Shown piece after piece: positions 49,880 to 63,900 of a DNA stretch of 64,000 nt; position 1 is the stretch's first letter, and every line of letters starts with the position of its first letter. The position numbers and the translations under genes are program-made. Below the pieces are notes generated by a model. It was given only the letters and a program-made list of their open reading frames with translations. It was not told the DNA's origin and made no database searches. Origin of the DNA: Mytilus californianus (lineage: Eukaryota); the NCBI RefSeq assembly GCF_021869535.1, contig NW_026262712.1, positions 112,468,001 through 112,532,000 on the forward strand. The letters run 5' to 3'.

Positions 49880-52402
49880 TTATAAAGTTACTTGTTTGTT
49901 AGCAACTGACCCATTGTTAAGCAATATCCTCAGTTTCCTCCAAGTATCATCTAAATCCTCTGGATCCTTCGGCCATTGTACAAGATATGCATAATTCCAA
50001 ATGTACGAAAACTCATAGGGAATATCGGTAATTCTAATATCTTTTGTTATAACAATAATTTTCTCCAAATTTTTTGTTACTCTCTCATATTTTGCTCTGT
50101 CGAGTTCAAACAAAAAATCGTGTGACGATTTGAAATCGTGTGTGATGAGGAAAATAATGAACATACTGTTTTGGATACAATCGGCTTCAGTATCCAAAAG
50201 ACTGTCACCAATTAAAAAATCTCGATCTTTTATGCACATGGTCAGTCCCCATTCGGCCTCAAGTTTTGGTACTAATACGTTTTTTATCCAAACGACTACC
50301 TCTCCTTCATAAGACATATACACGTCGTACTTGTATCTTTTGCGAACTTTTTTTTCAATAGTACGCTGAATTACGCCATAGATAGAGAAGGCAATCTTCC
50401 ATCTCTTACTATACAACACTAGCAGTAAAGAGATTGTAACACATGTAGATAACAATGTTGAAGCAAAGGTTAACCACATAGTACTCTTACAGTCCGCAAA
50501 CAAGTGTGATAAGGAGTTGTAGGCGGTAAGTGTATCAGTAACGGTTCCATTCGGTAATTGACATTTATAAGTTTGACTGTCCAGGTCAATTTTTGTATTT
50601 TTGATCCATTTTATAAAGTCTAAATTATCGCAGTTGCACATAAATGCATTGCCTTCGAGATACAAAGTCATTCCATGCCGTTCTTGCATCTGATCTGCCC
50701 AATTTCTAATGGTTGAACTCACACTTGTAAGGATATTATTTCTAAAATCAAGCACCTTAATTTTAGTATGATCAATCAACTGTACCGGAATAGCCTGAAG
50801 TAAATTTTCTCCTAAATACAAACTTGACAAATTTGGCATTGGTTTTAAAAGCTCGTTCGGAAAATACCAAATGTCATTTCGAGATATATCTAACGACTCA
50901 ACAGATGATAATACTTCGAACAACCGGTTTCCTTGTTTTTCTATTCCTTCGTTAAGGTAAGCCTCATTCAATACAACGGTTTTCAAATTTTTGCCAGGAA
51001 AACGTTTTATTTCACTCCAGGCAGTTTCGTATAATCCAGTAGAAATAAATGTTTCTATTCGAATTTTAAGAAAAAGTAATACCATATTAGTCCTTTGATA
51101 AGATTTATCTAAGTATTTGAGGTTGTTGTTTTCAGGAAATATAAAGAATATCGGAGGGTATGTGCTTAGTATTGTGTAACTCATATCTAATTTTTCTAGT
51201 GATTTTGGTAATATCGCATAACTGCCATGAGACTTATCTATCTCTAAATTTGAAATCACAGGGTTGACGATTTTATAGCTGACAGAATTATATGAATAGT
51301 CTATCGATTTCAATAGAACAGCTTTTCTGCAAAAAGAATTAAAATCACTAACCGTTCTCTTATTAACAATAGCAAACCGGTTTCTTTTAAAAGACATATT
51401 TTGTAAACATTCCGGGTGATCAAAGGAGAATAAAGATCCGGATTCGATATCAACAATTCCATTATCCGATAAATCTAGATTTTTTACGCAAATTGTTTTT
51501 AGATATTTCATCATATCAGGTGTAATTGTCGTAACAAAAGGTAGCTCACTGCTATCAATACTGTCGTCACTAACATGACCAAAATTTATTGTGGTTAGAT
51601 TTGAATAGCTGTACGGGTGTAATAAATGCAGTGCTCGTCTTAGATGCATAAACGTTGCGTGAAAGTCTATAACACGGAGATTTGGAAACGGAAGCAAAGA
51701 ATCAACATCCGTCCTTACGGCTTTTAGTCGACAATTTGTAAGACTAAGATTCTGTACAAAATATGAAAATGTTTGGAATGTTGTATTAGACAGGCTTACT
51801 AAATAGCATGATTGGAAGTGTAATTCTCGAAGTTTAGTAATATGACTGAATCCCCTTCCAAATTTTGGCACAGGCATCATATCAATTCCTAAGAATGACA
51901 ACTCACTCAGAACACCAAATACATGGTCGGGATAAAAAAAAACCTTATCAAAATCTATTGGTTGGGGCATATTACTTCTGATATCCAATCTTGTTAAGTT
52001 TTTAATTGGAAGAAATATTTCCGCTGAATATGCTTTTGATAAATCAAGCATGTTATGAGACATGTCAAGCGCATCAAGATTGTATAATCCTTTAAATGAC
52101 TCACTAGATAAATCCTCAATTTGGTTTTTTCCTAAAATCAGTTCCTGTAAGTCCTTATAATTAACGAAAGAATAATTTTTAATAGCTGTTAATTGGTTCG
52201 AACTAAGATCTAGCACATTGATATCTCCCGGTAAATTCTGAGGTATAAAACTCAGTCCTTTGTTTTTACAATCGGCTAATTTTACATCCAGTGATTTTTT
52301 AACAACATATTTGATATCACAATCGGACAAACGTATGAATTGTTTACACTCAATCATGTTAGAAATGTTATACATAACTAAATAAATCATAATCCTCATC
52401 AT
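49880..52402 (-). CDS. TLR: Toll-like receptor F, intact, 840 aa; close paralog of C
   Basis: 840-aa ORF with the same signal-LRR-LRRCT-TM-TIR layout; same length as C and the same C-terminus GSVANKQVTL. Confidence 0.95.
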   Translation of the reverse strand: MMRIMIYLVMYNISNMIECKQFIRLSDCDIKYVVKKSLDVKLADCKNKGLSFIPQNLPGDINVLDLSSNQLTAIKNYSFVNYKDLQELILGKNQIEDLSSESFKGLYNLDALDMSHNMLDLSKAYSAEIFLPIKNLTRLDIRSNMPQPIDFDKVFFYPDHVFGVLSELSFLGIDMMPVPKFGRGFSHITKLRELHFQSCYLVSLSNTTFQTFSYFVQNLSLTNCRLKAVRTDVDSLLPFPNLRVIDFHATFMHLRRALHLLHPYSYSNLTTINFGHVSDDSIDSSELPFVTTITPDMMKYLKTICVKNLDLSDNGIVDIESGSLFSFDHPECLQNMSFKRNRFAIVNKRTVSDFNSFCRKAVLLKSIDYSYNSVSYKIVNPVISNLEIDKSHGSYAILPKSLEKLDMSYTILSTYPPIFFIFPENNNLKYLDKSYQRTNMVLLFLKIRIETFISTGLYETAWSEIKRFPGKNLKTVVLNEAYLNEGIEKQGNRLFEVLSSVESLDISRNDIWYFPNELLKPMPNLSSLYLGENLLQAIPVQLIDHTKIKVLDFRNNILTSVSSTIRNWADQMQERHGMTLYLEGNAFMCNCDNLDFIKWIKNTKIDLDSQTYKCQLPNGTVTDTLTAYNSLSHLFADCKSTMWLTFASTLLSTCVTISLLLVLYSKRWKIAFSIYGVIQRTIEKKVRKRYKYDVYMSYEGEVVVWIKNVLVPKLEAEWGLTMCIKDRDFLIGDSLLDTEADCIQNSMFIIFLITHDFKSSHDFLFELDRAKYERVTKNLEKIIVITKDIRITDIPYEFSYIWNYAYLVQWPKDPEDLDDTWRKLRILLNNGSVANKQVTL

Positions 52403-52410
52403 ATTGCGAC

Positions 52411-52614
52411 CTGTATATATACGAACTGAATTTAAAAAGTGCTTTGAATACTAATAGTTTCAACAGTGTATAACACTTTATTTCGAATAAACACATTACA
52501 ATGTACTTAAGTTTTCATGCTTCAATCATTCTGTATGCACGAATGAACTACAATATATCTAAATGTATTGGTAGCGTTGACTAAATGGATGATTTATCCT
52601 AACATACCACTTAC
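52411..52614 (-). other. Predicted 5'-UTR intron of TLR F
   Basis: Donor CAC|GTAAGT and acceptor TACAG|GTCGCAAT-ATG. Confidence 0.55.
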
Positions 52615-53269
52615 GTGTTTTTGTTGTAATAAGATGCTTAAACAACAAAATCTAACTGCCCGTTAATCAACAAGGTCAAAACAGTAAAATCAAGTAAAAC
52701 AATTTGAACCATGTGGTTTTTTTTTTACTTCAGACGCGATGTACGTCTGCAATTTTTACATTTTTATAAATATTCTCTTCGAAAACAACTAAACCATTTT
52801 AACTAAATGTTATAAAAGCCAACTGTATGATATGAGTTTGGCGTAATCTCTGTAAAAATAACTACGTTGTAAACGGATTAAGACAGCGTGTGGAACTCAG
52901 ATAATTTATTCTGTCATATGGGCGTTACAGATGTGTATGATCATTTTCAGTGAATGGCACAAGCATATATATGAAATTGTTCAGAGTGTAGCACAAAAAT
53001 ATATCATGTATATGGTAGAGTTTACAAATGTACCTTATGTTACCAATTTATCAGTTAATGGTTAATGTACAGTACAATGTAATGTTGAGCGCTAATTACA
53101 TACAAAGTAGGCAGTTTTGAATGTATAGTTTAATGTACATGGTAGTAATTGACATGTTATTTTATAACTGTATTTCGTAATGCTAATAGTGTATACAAAT
53201 AGTAGGCGGAAGAAACAGAAGGAACTTTCCAACCTCATAATGTCGGGATTGTAGTTACGACAATTGGAA

Positions 53270-53490
53270 TATATCCGTCGTCATCTGTGACACAGATATT
53301 TTATTACGGTATACCAACTCGTTATGGAATCGTTAAAACTTTCAAAGGCATGGGTTCAACTTCACCCCTAGGAATCTTGGTTTGATAGTTTCCTTGTAAG
53401 CAGCAACTTGTCTCAGGAAAATCATGATGAAAATTCACAGCTATGTGGTTTCGTATCAACATTGGGATATATGGAAACCTGGCTGAAAAT
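53270..53490 (-). mobile_element. Penelope-like RT C-terminal fragment upstream of TLR F
   Basis: Reverse complement resembles KLLxQGxxxVKL..LxKF..RHxELV.RYxISVSQMT. Confidence 0.6.
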
Positions 53491-55479
53491 GTCTTACAAA
53501 AAATGCAAAGGTATAATTAGAAAGCTGAAATCATCTCTATTGTTCTGTACTTAAAAGACCATCAATGACATTTTCTAGATGTAATGTTATGTAATTTTCA
53601 AGCAGTGTCTCTATAATTCAATACTGATCACTTACACCTACAATAAACCTAACCGTGTGTCAAGTTGTACTGTTTTTGCAGGCATTCAGACGTTGTAATT
53701 TTCTAAGAATTTTCAAGGTTGAGCAAAGTTTCATGCGGTTGTATTGTGATATGATAACTTTTTATTTCAAACGACTAAATTATTTGATATATATTTCTAT
53801 TTGGACCACAATATGCTCCTTTCTGGAGATGTTTTCTATTTGTGTCTTGGAGTTGTTGTCCTATTGACACATAACATACATCGTTATTTATTAATGAGAG
53901 AGAGGGAAATTACAAAAAAAGAATGTCATTTCAAAGTAATCTTAGTATTTCACTTTCACTTCCTTATACCAAAATCCATTGCTGTCATCACCGTATATTG
54001 TCTATGCATTACGCACATGAAGCAACCGTAACGTTCAATTTTACCTGTAGGGGAAAACTTCAAAATGAATCGGAAAGTTTGGTAATTTAAATTATCTTGC
54101 AGTAAATGATTATAACAGATTCCTAAAAGAAATAATTTTAGTATAAAATACAGATATGGAGCTGTCTGAAAGTTATACATATATCCTAATTTCTATTTAT
54201 CAACATATTTTTATTTTATTTGGGCATTAGTAAAGAAAATCATTGCTTCATTCATTTGATTTAATTTCCGTTATTTGTATATGTATAAGCGTTTTTGACC
54301 ATAGATGAATTTCTCTAATGCAAGTACGCATATATTAGTAATATAGCATGTCGTATTACAATACATGCATCATCTATATTTATCAGCTAGCGCGTGTGAT
54401 ATAAATTAACCTGTCAATAGATATCGTTAACAGAAATTGTCGTTTGTACAATCGTAACTACACTTGGTAATTGTACTAGTTGAACAACACTTGGATAGCA
54501 TTCAAAACATATTCTTGGCGAAGATACCAAAAGGGTATCCAAACTCATAGGTCGAAAACAGACTGATAATGTCATGGCCTTGGTGAAACTTTAATTCAAA
54601 GTACAGTTAGGGACAATATCATTTTTTAGTTTAAATGAATGAAGGTACACAAACAATGACAATACTTTAGCATAGCCCTTCATTAGACATCTTCACTATT
54701 AGTCATAATTAAAACCAAAACCGGTACCACAATTAAAGGAAACAGGGTTAAAATTCGCTTTTGTCAATGTAAATGTCACTGGTAATAAGTTTAAATGGAC
54801 TTAACCCGATTCTATTAGATGAAATCAGAATATATTAGAATTATTATTACTCAATTCACATGAATCGTTTCATTCCCATTTTTTAGATATTACAGTATAC
54901 TAGTAATTAGTGAATTGAAATACTAAATGCACGCACTAGTTTTCGAATTAACAGTAATTCAACTTCTTCCGAATACACTATTGCAAATAATAAACAATTT
55001 ATTTATAACGTGTTGCTTTTATTTTTAAGATAGATAGTATTTATGAGAGGCACAGTTAGGAGTAAGCAGCAACACACTTTAATCCTAATGATGTCCATAA
55101 AGATGGTCTGAGGTAGACACAGGTATGATGCAATTGATTTTGTTAAAGCAGGTTCTGATATTGTTTATAAAGCACGATGCCATGCTGGTGCACTATTAAA
55201 CATCACATTTATTGAACAAAAGAAATGCACCAGGTGCGAGTTTTGACAATAACTGTCTGTTTAGTGATGCTTGAGGCTAACATTTGTCATTAATGGGCAA
55301 TAACTCCTGTACCAAGTCAGGAATATGACAGTTGTTATCCATTCGTTTGATGTGTTTGTTTTTTTGATTTTGCCATTTGATCGGGGACTTTCGTTTTTGA
55401 ATTTTCCTCGGAGTTCAGTATTTTTGTAATTTTACTTTTTCCTATAAGAATTTGTTTAACAGTTTTGATGACGTATATG

Positions 55480-55812
55480 GACAATTGGTAGAGCTCATTA
55501 TTCTGAACATTTTTGCCTCTTTCAGATTTTCTCTATTTATTATGGTTCAAAAAATAATAGACAAAGCTTGCATTGTTTACCCCTATGTTCTATTTTTAGC
55601 CATGGCGGCCATCTTGGATGGCAAGTCGGGTCATCGGGCACATTTTTTAAACTAGATACCCCAATGATGATTGTGGCAAAGTTTGGTTAACTTTTGTAAA
55701 GTAGTTTCAGAGAAGACGATTTTTGTAAAAGTTAACGACGGACGACGACAGACGACGAACGCCAAGTGATGAGAAAAGCTCATTTGGCCCTGTCGGCCAG
55801 GTGAGCTAAAAA
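55480..55812 (-). mobile_element. Partial HINE/pearl-like element
   Basis: Reverse complement starts TTTTTAGCTCACCTGGCCGACAGGGCCAAATGAGC (hairpin), followed by a (GTC/CGTC)-type microsatellite. Confidence 0.65.
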
Positions 55813-56794
55813 CCGAAATCTAAATACAGACGTAAAAGAGATGGTAAAACCAAATGAGACCAATAAATAGAGCCAAATCTGGATAAATAATTTATGACGG
55901 AATACATCCGTTAATTCAAAATTATTTTACAAAAATGTAGACATACAGAAAAATTTTCATCTCCTCCTTATTTGGTGGCAGTCCTGACTCTACTGAATTG
56001 GTTATACTGAGTAAAACCTTTCTACGAAATAAATGCAAAATCATATTTCCGATTCTTAAACTAAAGGCATATTCCTCATTTTGACATATTGATACCTCGA
56101 CGCATGCATGAGTCTTGGAAACAAATAAGATTATAAAATCTTACCAATTATGAAGTTGACTGCGATAAATGCATACTGCAATTCCTAATTTAAACATTTG
56201 ATCTGGACAGTCGATTGCATTTGCAAATCATTATGTAGAAGATTAGTTTCTAACTTGGTAAGGCAGAGTTGGCCTCAGATAAATTAGACTATTTTTAAGT
56301 TCTGTTTAAGTCGTATTTTCAAGTATTGCTCTTAACTTTTCTATATAGATTTAAGAAGATGTGGTATGAGTGCCAATGAAACAACTCTCGATCCAAGTCA
56401 CAATTTATAAAAGTAAACCACTATAGGCCAAAGTACGGTCGTCAACACGGAGCCTTGGCTGACACAGAACTGCAAGCTATAAAGGGCCCCAAAAATGACT
56501 GGAGTAAAACCATTCAAACGGGAAAACCACGGTCTTATCTATATAAAAAAAAACGAGAAACTAGGAACACTACGAACCACATAAACAATTAACAAGTGCG
56601 ATTCAGACGCACAAAATCTATGAAGTGTAATTTTCGTCATATCATGCATGATGATTGAAGTATGTTTACAATTCATTACTCCAGTACACTTTTAAATATT
56701 TGTTTAATAAATATCTAGTCATAAAGTGTTGATCTAATTTAATTGTCATTAAAAACTTTACAAACCCGGTTGTTAAATACTTGTACCGATTTAA

Positions 56795-57052
56795 TGTCTG
56801 GACTAAACTGTCTGCAAGATAAATATCATATACTCAGTGTCTGGACTAAACTGTCTACAAGATAAATATCATATACTCAATGTCTGGAATAAACTGTCTA
56901 CAGGATAAATATCATATAATCGATGTCTGGACTAAAATGTTTACAAGATAAATATCATATAATCAATGTCTGGACTAAACTGTCTACAAGATACATATCA
57001 TATACTCAATGTCTGGACTAAACTGTCTACAAGATACATATCATATACTCAA
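56795..57052. repeat. 43-bp minisatellite, 6 units
   Basis: Unit TGTCTGGACTAAACTGTCTACAAGATAAATATCATATACTCAA starts at 56795, 56838, 56881, 56924, 56967 and 57010. Confidence 0.95.
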
Positions 57053-57432
57053 TTATTTATATGTTAGCAGTGATAATATTGTTTTTTCTACTTCGTGATA
57101 TTTATGACATTGCTTTGTCATCACCATGTATTATCATTGCAGTATGGACATACAGTACCGGTGATATTTATCTATACCTGTACTGTCATTGTAGTAGGGA
57201 CATGCTGAACTGGTGACATTTATATATACCTTTATTATCATTAATAAATAACTGTAGATTGCACTAGAATCCCTTTACTTTGATAATATATAAATGTATA
57301 GAATACAATATTATTTTGCATGTGTTTATCAGCTAACAAAAGTATTGTTGAAATGAATTATTTTTGTAAAAAAAAACAAAAAAAAACATTTTTGTGGTAT
57401 GTGCATTGCCTTGATAATTTCTATAATGATAT

Positions 57433-59936
57433 CTATTGTTTAGCAATTAACCCATCAGTAAGCAGCATCCTCAGTTTCCTCCAAGTATCATCCAAATCCT
57501 CTAGATTTGTCGGCCATTGTACAACAAATGCATAATTCCAAATGTACGAAAACTCTACAGGAATGTCAGTTATTGTTATATTTTTTGTAATGAAAATAAT
57601 ACGCTCAAGATTTTTTGTAATTCTCTCATATTTTGCCCTGTCAAGTTCAAACATGCAATCACGTGACGATAGGAATTCAGGCGTGATGAGAAATATAATG
57701 GCTCTACTGTTTTGAATGCTTTCTGCCTCGTTGTCCGCTTGACTCGGTCCAGGTAAAAAATCTCGATCTTTTATACACATCGTCAGTCCCCACTCGGTCT
57801 CAAGTTTTGGTATTAATACATTTTTAATCCAAATGACAATATCCCCTTCATATGAGATATACACGTCATATTGGTAAATCCTCCAGACTTTGCGCTCAAC
57901 AACACGTCGAATTACTCCATAAATAGAAAAGATGATTTTCCATCTCCTGTTATAGGCTAAAAGTAACAGTGAGATCGTGATAAATGTCGATAATAATGTT
58001 GATGCAAAAGTTAACCACATAGTATTCTTACAGTCAGCAAACAAGTCATATAGAGAGTTGTATGCAATAAGTGTGTCAATAACTGTTCCGTTGGACAATT
58101 TACATTTATATGATCGGCTGTCGAGATTAACCTTTGTAGTCTGTATCCATCTTATCAAGTCTATATTGTCACAATTGCACTCAAGTGCATTATCAGTGAG
58201 CTGTAACGTCATTCCATGACGCTCTTGCATCTTATCTGCCCAGCCCCTGATGGTTGAACTTACACTTGTCAATCGATTCTTCCTTACGTCAAGCATCTTT
58301 ACTTTAGTATGATCGCTCAGTTGAACCGGAATAGACTGAAGTGAATTTTTACTTAAAAAAAGATATGTCAAGTTTGGCATTGGATTTAATAGGTCGTCCG
58401 GAAAATACCAAATATCAATTTCAGATATATCCATTGACTGGATAGATCTTATACCTTTAAAGAACTGATTTCCGTATAGTCTTATTGCATCATCTTGTCG
58501 GCGTTTTTCCATACAATCGTTTTCAGAGTATTATAGGAAGAACGTTTTAATTGATTCCATGCAAATGAATAGTCTCCACCATTAGAAATGAATGTTTCAA
58601 CTCGAATTTGAAGAATAAGTATGGCAATATTTGAATTTGAATAAGATACATCAACATATATAAGGCTGTTATTTTTAGGAACTATTAGATATATTATTGG
58701 GAACGTATTTGCTATTGTGTAACTAAGATAAATTTTTTCAAGTGACTTTGGTAATATCACACAACTGTGAAGTGAACAATTTAAATCTGAATTTGAAGTA
58801 ACTGAATTTTTCATCACATAGTTGACAGCATTATATGAATAGTCGATCGATTTCAATTTAACAGTTTTACTAAAAAATATTTGTATCTCATTTAGATTTT
58901 TATCGCTAAAAAGCATAAACCGGTTCCTTTTAAATGAAATATGTCGTAAACATTTCGGGTGATTGAAGGAGAACAAAGATCCAGGCTCATAATCTACTAT
59001 TCCATTTTCGGATAAATCAAGATTTTCTACACAAATAGTTTTTAGGTTCTTCATTATGTCCACTGTAATTGTCAGAACATACGGGATATCGGCCCTGTCA
59101 ATACTAACGTCACTCACATGACCGAAGTTTATTGTCGTAATATTTTTATTACAGTATGGATGTAATAGTTGCAATGCGTGCTTCAAATGCATGAATGTTC
59201 CAAAAAAATCTATTACACGGAGTTTTGGAAATGGCAATAATGCGTTATCTTCTGTAACAACAAAGTGTAACCGACAATTTCTAAGAGTCAGCTGTTCTAC
59301 AGAGGATGAAAATCTCTGAAAGGTTCTATTTGACAAACGTACTAAATAACATGAGTCGAAGTGTAATTGTTTTATAATCGTCATTTTACCGAATCCGCTT
59401 CCAAAGTGTGGCAAAGGCATCATATCGATTCTTAAAAAAGACAACTCTGTCAGAATACTGAATGCATGGTCGGAATAAATATAATCCGTAACAAAATCTA
59501 TCGGCTGAGGCATATTACTCCTGATATCCAATTTTGTTAAGTTTGTAATTGGATGAAATAGTTCTGCTGAATATACTTTAGATAAATTAAGTAGGTTTTC
59601 AGACATGTCGAGTATTGCAAGTTTTTGTAATCCTTCAAATGATTTGTTAGATAAATAACAAAGTTGATTGTGACTCAGGTAAAGTTCTTGTAGGTATTTA
59701 TAATTAACAAAAGAACTGTTCCAAATCATTCGTAACAGATTAAAACTCATATCTAGAACATTTATATCTCCCGGTAAATCCTGAGGTATAAAAGTCAGTC
59801 CTTTGTTTTTACAATCTGCTATTTTTACTTCCTCATTTTCCTTAAATACATATTTGATATTGCAGTCTGATGCATATACGAATTCATTACAGATGATGAT
59901 AATAGATAATACTGAATAAAGTATAATCCTCTCCAT
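57433..59936 (-). pseudogene. TLR: Toll-like receptor G, full length with one frameshift near 58495 (or assembly indel)
   Basis: Overlapping ORFs 58482..59936 (signal+LRRs, 484 aa) and 57433..58512 (LRRs, LRR-CT, TM, TIR). Comparison with paralogs (KDATLNDGIDTYGNRF) suggests KNAD-x-DDAIRLYGNQF with 1 nt missing. Confidence 0.85.
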
Positions 59937-60489
59937 TTTGTGACCTGAATATCTGAAATACCCTTCTTGAAGTACTAGATGTTAAGAAGCAATCCGATCT
60001 TTATATCGTATTCATCATAGGTTTTAAGTTACATATTTAAACACAGTCAAGTAATTACAATACTTTTGCACGCATCAATAAAACACCTGTATATAATTTA
60101 AAATAGAAAGTGCCCTAACAGTAAGGAAAATGTATTATGAGGAAGAAAAACTTAAATACATCAATTTAATGGTCACATCAACAAATTAGTTGTCGGATTC
60201 CATCTGTTTAAACTCACTAGATACACGTTTGTGTGGTTTACTAGATCTTTAGTCACCATAAACATCGTCTGACGTGTAAGTGTAGAGGTTATGTACTGGT
60301 GGTGACATTTTTGACTGATTGTCGATTTGCATGCCGGGTGATGCGTAGAAGAGACGCCATCCATATCGTTGTATGATATGGAGTTCAAGTAGAAACAACA
60401 TTATACATTTCCAGGATGTCAAATAAACTTTAAGACTTTTTGAACAGAAAAAGGTTAGAACAAGCATAAATCAATGAATTCCGTTAATG

Positions 60490-60920
60490 TGGAGCACATG
60501 AAAAAACAGTTATATCTTGTCACCATCTTATGGTGTTGATATATCTCAACTTGTAAGATTCGCTCGTGTATGTAACAACGTATTAGATTTTAGCGAGAGA
60601 AACTTTTGTATTACTGAAAAATTATTACACCAGGGTTTTCGATATCACAAACTAGTCAAAACATTAACTAAATTTTATCATCGGTACAAGGACATCATTC
60701 TTAAATATAATTCAACATGCAGACATCTTATACGTTCGGGTATTTCACATCCAATTTTTTATGGTAATATTCTTTACAAAGCACAAAAAAGTCGGCATTC
60801 ACCTCAAAAGCTAACAAAATCTTTAAACAGACTTATTAAGAAGGGATATAGTTACGATACTGTTGTCAGGTCTTTAAAGATTGCACATTTTGGCATTAAT
60901 ATTGATTACTTATAGGGTCT
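60490..60920 (+). mobile_element. Penelope-like RT C-terminal fragment, second subfamily
   Basis: SPSYGVDISQLVRFARVC..ITEKLLHQGFRYHKLVKTLTKFYHRY. Confidence 0.75.
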
Positions 60921-63900
60921 TTGCATCGGAAATAAACACATTTATTCTAAAACCAGTTGTAGGCATGATACGGGTTATTTTGTTCTCATATATTTTATGA
61001 TGGTATAATACTAAACCCCTAACGAGAGGGATTGTACTTCGTATTCATATGATGACGACATAATATTTCAATGAGTTTAATTGAGGTCTGGATCTGGCAT
61101 GTCAGTAACTGCTAGTAGTCCTTTGTTAATTTATGTATCATTGTCATTTTGTTTAGTTTCTTTTGTTGCATATTCTGACATCGGACTCGGACGTCTTTTG
61201 AACTGAGTTTTACTGTGCGTATTGTTGTGTGTTTGTTTTTTCTACATTGGCTAGAAGCGCGGGAACAGAATGTACGTCTTGTTCATTAACTGAAAAATCT
61301 CTTTACATTAATAACAAGTTATATATATTACAGTCTTTATGTTTTCCCGTTTGAATGGTTTCACACTAGTAATTTTTGGGGCTCTTTATAGCTTGCTGTT
61401 CGGTGTGAGCCAAGGCTCCATGTTGAAGACCGTACCTTGACCTATAATGGTTTTACAAATTGTGAATTGGATGGAGAGTTGTCTTAATGGCACTCATACC
61501 ACATCTTCTTATAACTTTTTATGGAATTTTTCAATCTATCTACCGAATTCCTGGAACAAAACATAATTTCAACATGATTTATCATCACTGTTTTACAGAA
61601 AACCGGAATCTTCGAGATAGCAGATTGAAATGTGAAATATCCAATTTTTGTATGTTTTTCCTCAAATATTCTTCGTAACATTTGATCTACTCGTGGTTAC
61701 ATTTCGACTTCTTGTTCATACTGTAAACATAAATATTGAGAATCATAACACAAATACCATAAAACAGAAGTATACATTCACGATTTCAATACATCTTAGC
61801 TTTTAAAAAGAAGGACTCACAACGTTCACTATAACAACTAGCAGAACCAAGGTATTGTGTGCATATATTGTTGTATAGAATCTAGAACTAAAGAAAAATT
61901 ATAGTTATTACGGGGGAAAACAACGGACGTATCATTAGTATAAGTTTCTTATCTTTAATGCAAGAAATGATATACAATACTGTATGACCAGAGGTGTATG
62001 TGCAGTTTTACCTGATGAACGACTTATGTCGCTTAGTCTTGGAAATCTTAAACAAACCTTATCTCAACAACATTTACATCCACACGCTAAGAAACTAGAC
62101 AGGAACGCTAGACCTATTGGACAAAAACAAAAAAAAACTAAACATTATATCTGTATCCCCAAAAACAATAGATGTCCGAACATGGGGTTTGGTTTTATTC
62201 GATCAAATCTCCCGGTACTCAACCAAATCGAGAATAGTAGCCATGGTGTTGTCTGTTTATTATCGATATATGTGTTTTAATGTCCCGAAGGTATTTAAGC
62301 CCCTCTTTCACGAATGACTAGATTAAGCCCAAGGTATAATGTGTTTTTTTTTTATCAGACCAAAATACCACCGATTTCACATAAATATAGTTGTGGTATA
62401 AGTAATAACACAAAACAATTTTATTTTTCACCTCAAATTCAAATTAGAAGTAATGAATGCTGCTTTACTTGAGTTGTCACGTCAGTTTTTGTCTAATTTT
62501 CCATCATTTCTTTTAACAAAATTTACATTGGGTGTATCCCTTTTTCAATTTTTTGGTGTGTTTAGGAATTCGATTTTTTTATGAATTGACACTAGCAATA
62601 TCTTAGGAAACATATACATGTACTAGTATAAATTCACCTTTCGTTGTTTTGTATATAATTACTTTTGTGTATTTTTTTTATATTAAAGGAGTAATTGGAT
62701 ATCATCGAGTACTGTACATATTTGATTTTATTTTATGAATAAACGGTCTCAACATACATTTTAAACATGATTGAAGACAAGTAACTTTTAAAAGATATCT
62801 AATGACAAGAATGGATTGAAAATCCCTCATAGCTTTGCTGTAACCGACAACAGCAGAAACGAGTACCAAACAGGTTAAATTTGATAAAATATGAGTAAAT
62901 ATGAGGTATATACGTAGAAGATGAAAATTATTGGTCACCGTACGGCCTTCCAAAAGAGTTATAAACCAATACCACATAGTACGATATATATGCTTGCACT
63001 TATAAGGATCGATTACAATGTCTTACAATTGGTCTTCATTTAACTATAGGTACGAGTTTATTTCTATAATTTGGTAGAATGTTTGTATTCTTGTCTTTCA
63101 TTTTCGCTAATGGGCTTTGTCTTTATGCCTTTTTGGGTTTCTTTGTTACATATTTGTTTGTTTTTATAGTGATTAAGATTATAACACAATGTCGACTGCT
63201 GTAACCCTATTTTGACATTTTTACCCATTACGTCTGCTTGTTTTGTTCACACATCGTTGTCAATATAATGGAATTCTATACGACGTTCATATCCATGAAA
63301 GATTTAGCTAGCTTTACAACTAGGTTTAATCCACCATTTTCTACGAAAGAAAAAACATTTACCAAGTCAGGAATATGACAATTGTCATCAATTTGTTTGA
63401 AGTGTTTGAGCTTTTGATTTTGCCTTTTGGTTATGGAATTTTCGGTTTGAATTTTCCTCGGAGTTTCGAATTTTTGTGATTTTACTTTTTATGAACCACA
63501 TCAACAAACGACAACTACTGGACATCAGGTTAATATCTGTATATATTCTATGATTATTTACCCTCTATTTTTCAAAATTTGCCCAAAATAGAATTGCAGC
63601 ACACAGCCACATCATTAAGGTATAACAATGCAGCACTCCTTCTGTATGCTAAACAGATGTTGGATTGACTGAATTTTTTATTTGTAAAGTAGGTACAAAT
63701 GCATGTTGCCGTTTCAGACTTCAGTCGATGGCTTTAAGTCAAATATTGTTTTATAGTGTAAATGTTCTTTAGACTTGTAATAACATATCAAAGATTACAA
63801 TCATACAATATGGTACAATAGAAGTGTTTTTCTTTCACATATAAAAAGCAACAAGTCAATATTTGGCAACATCAATGAAAACACAATATGTTCGTTTTAT

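Noticed and set aside
56795-57052. CRISPR-like array
   Set aside because: Contiguous tandem units with no unique spacers, in a eukaryotic context.
61980-62320. Short overlapping plus-strand ORFs (98 and 66 aa)
   Set aside because: No recognisable domain or splice context; may be a decayed gene but unsupported.
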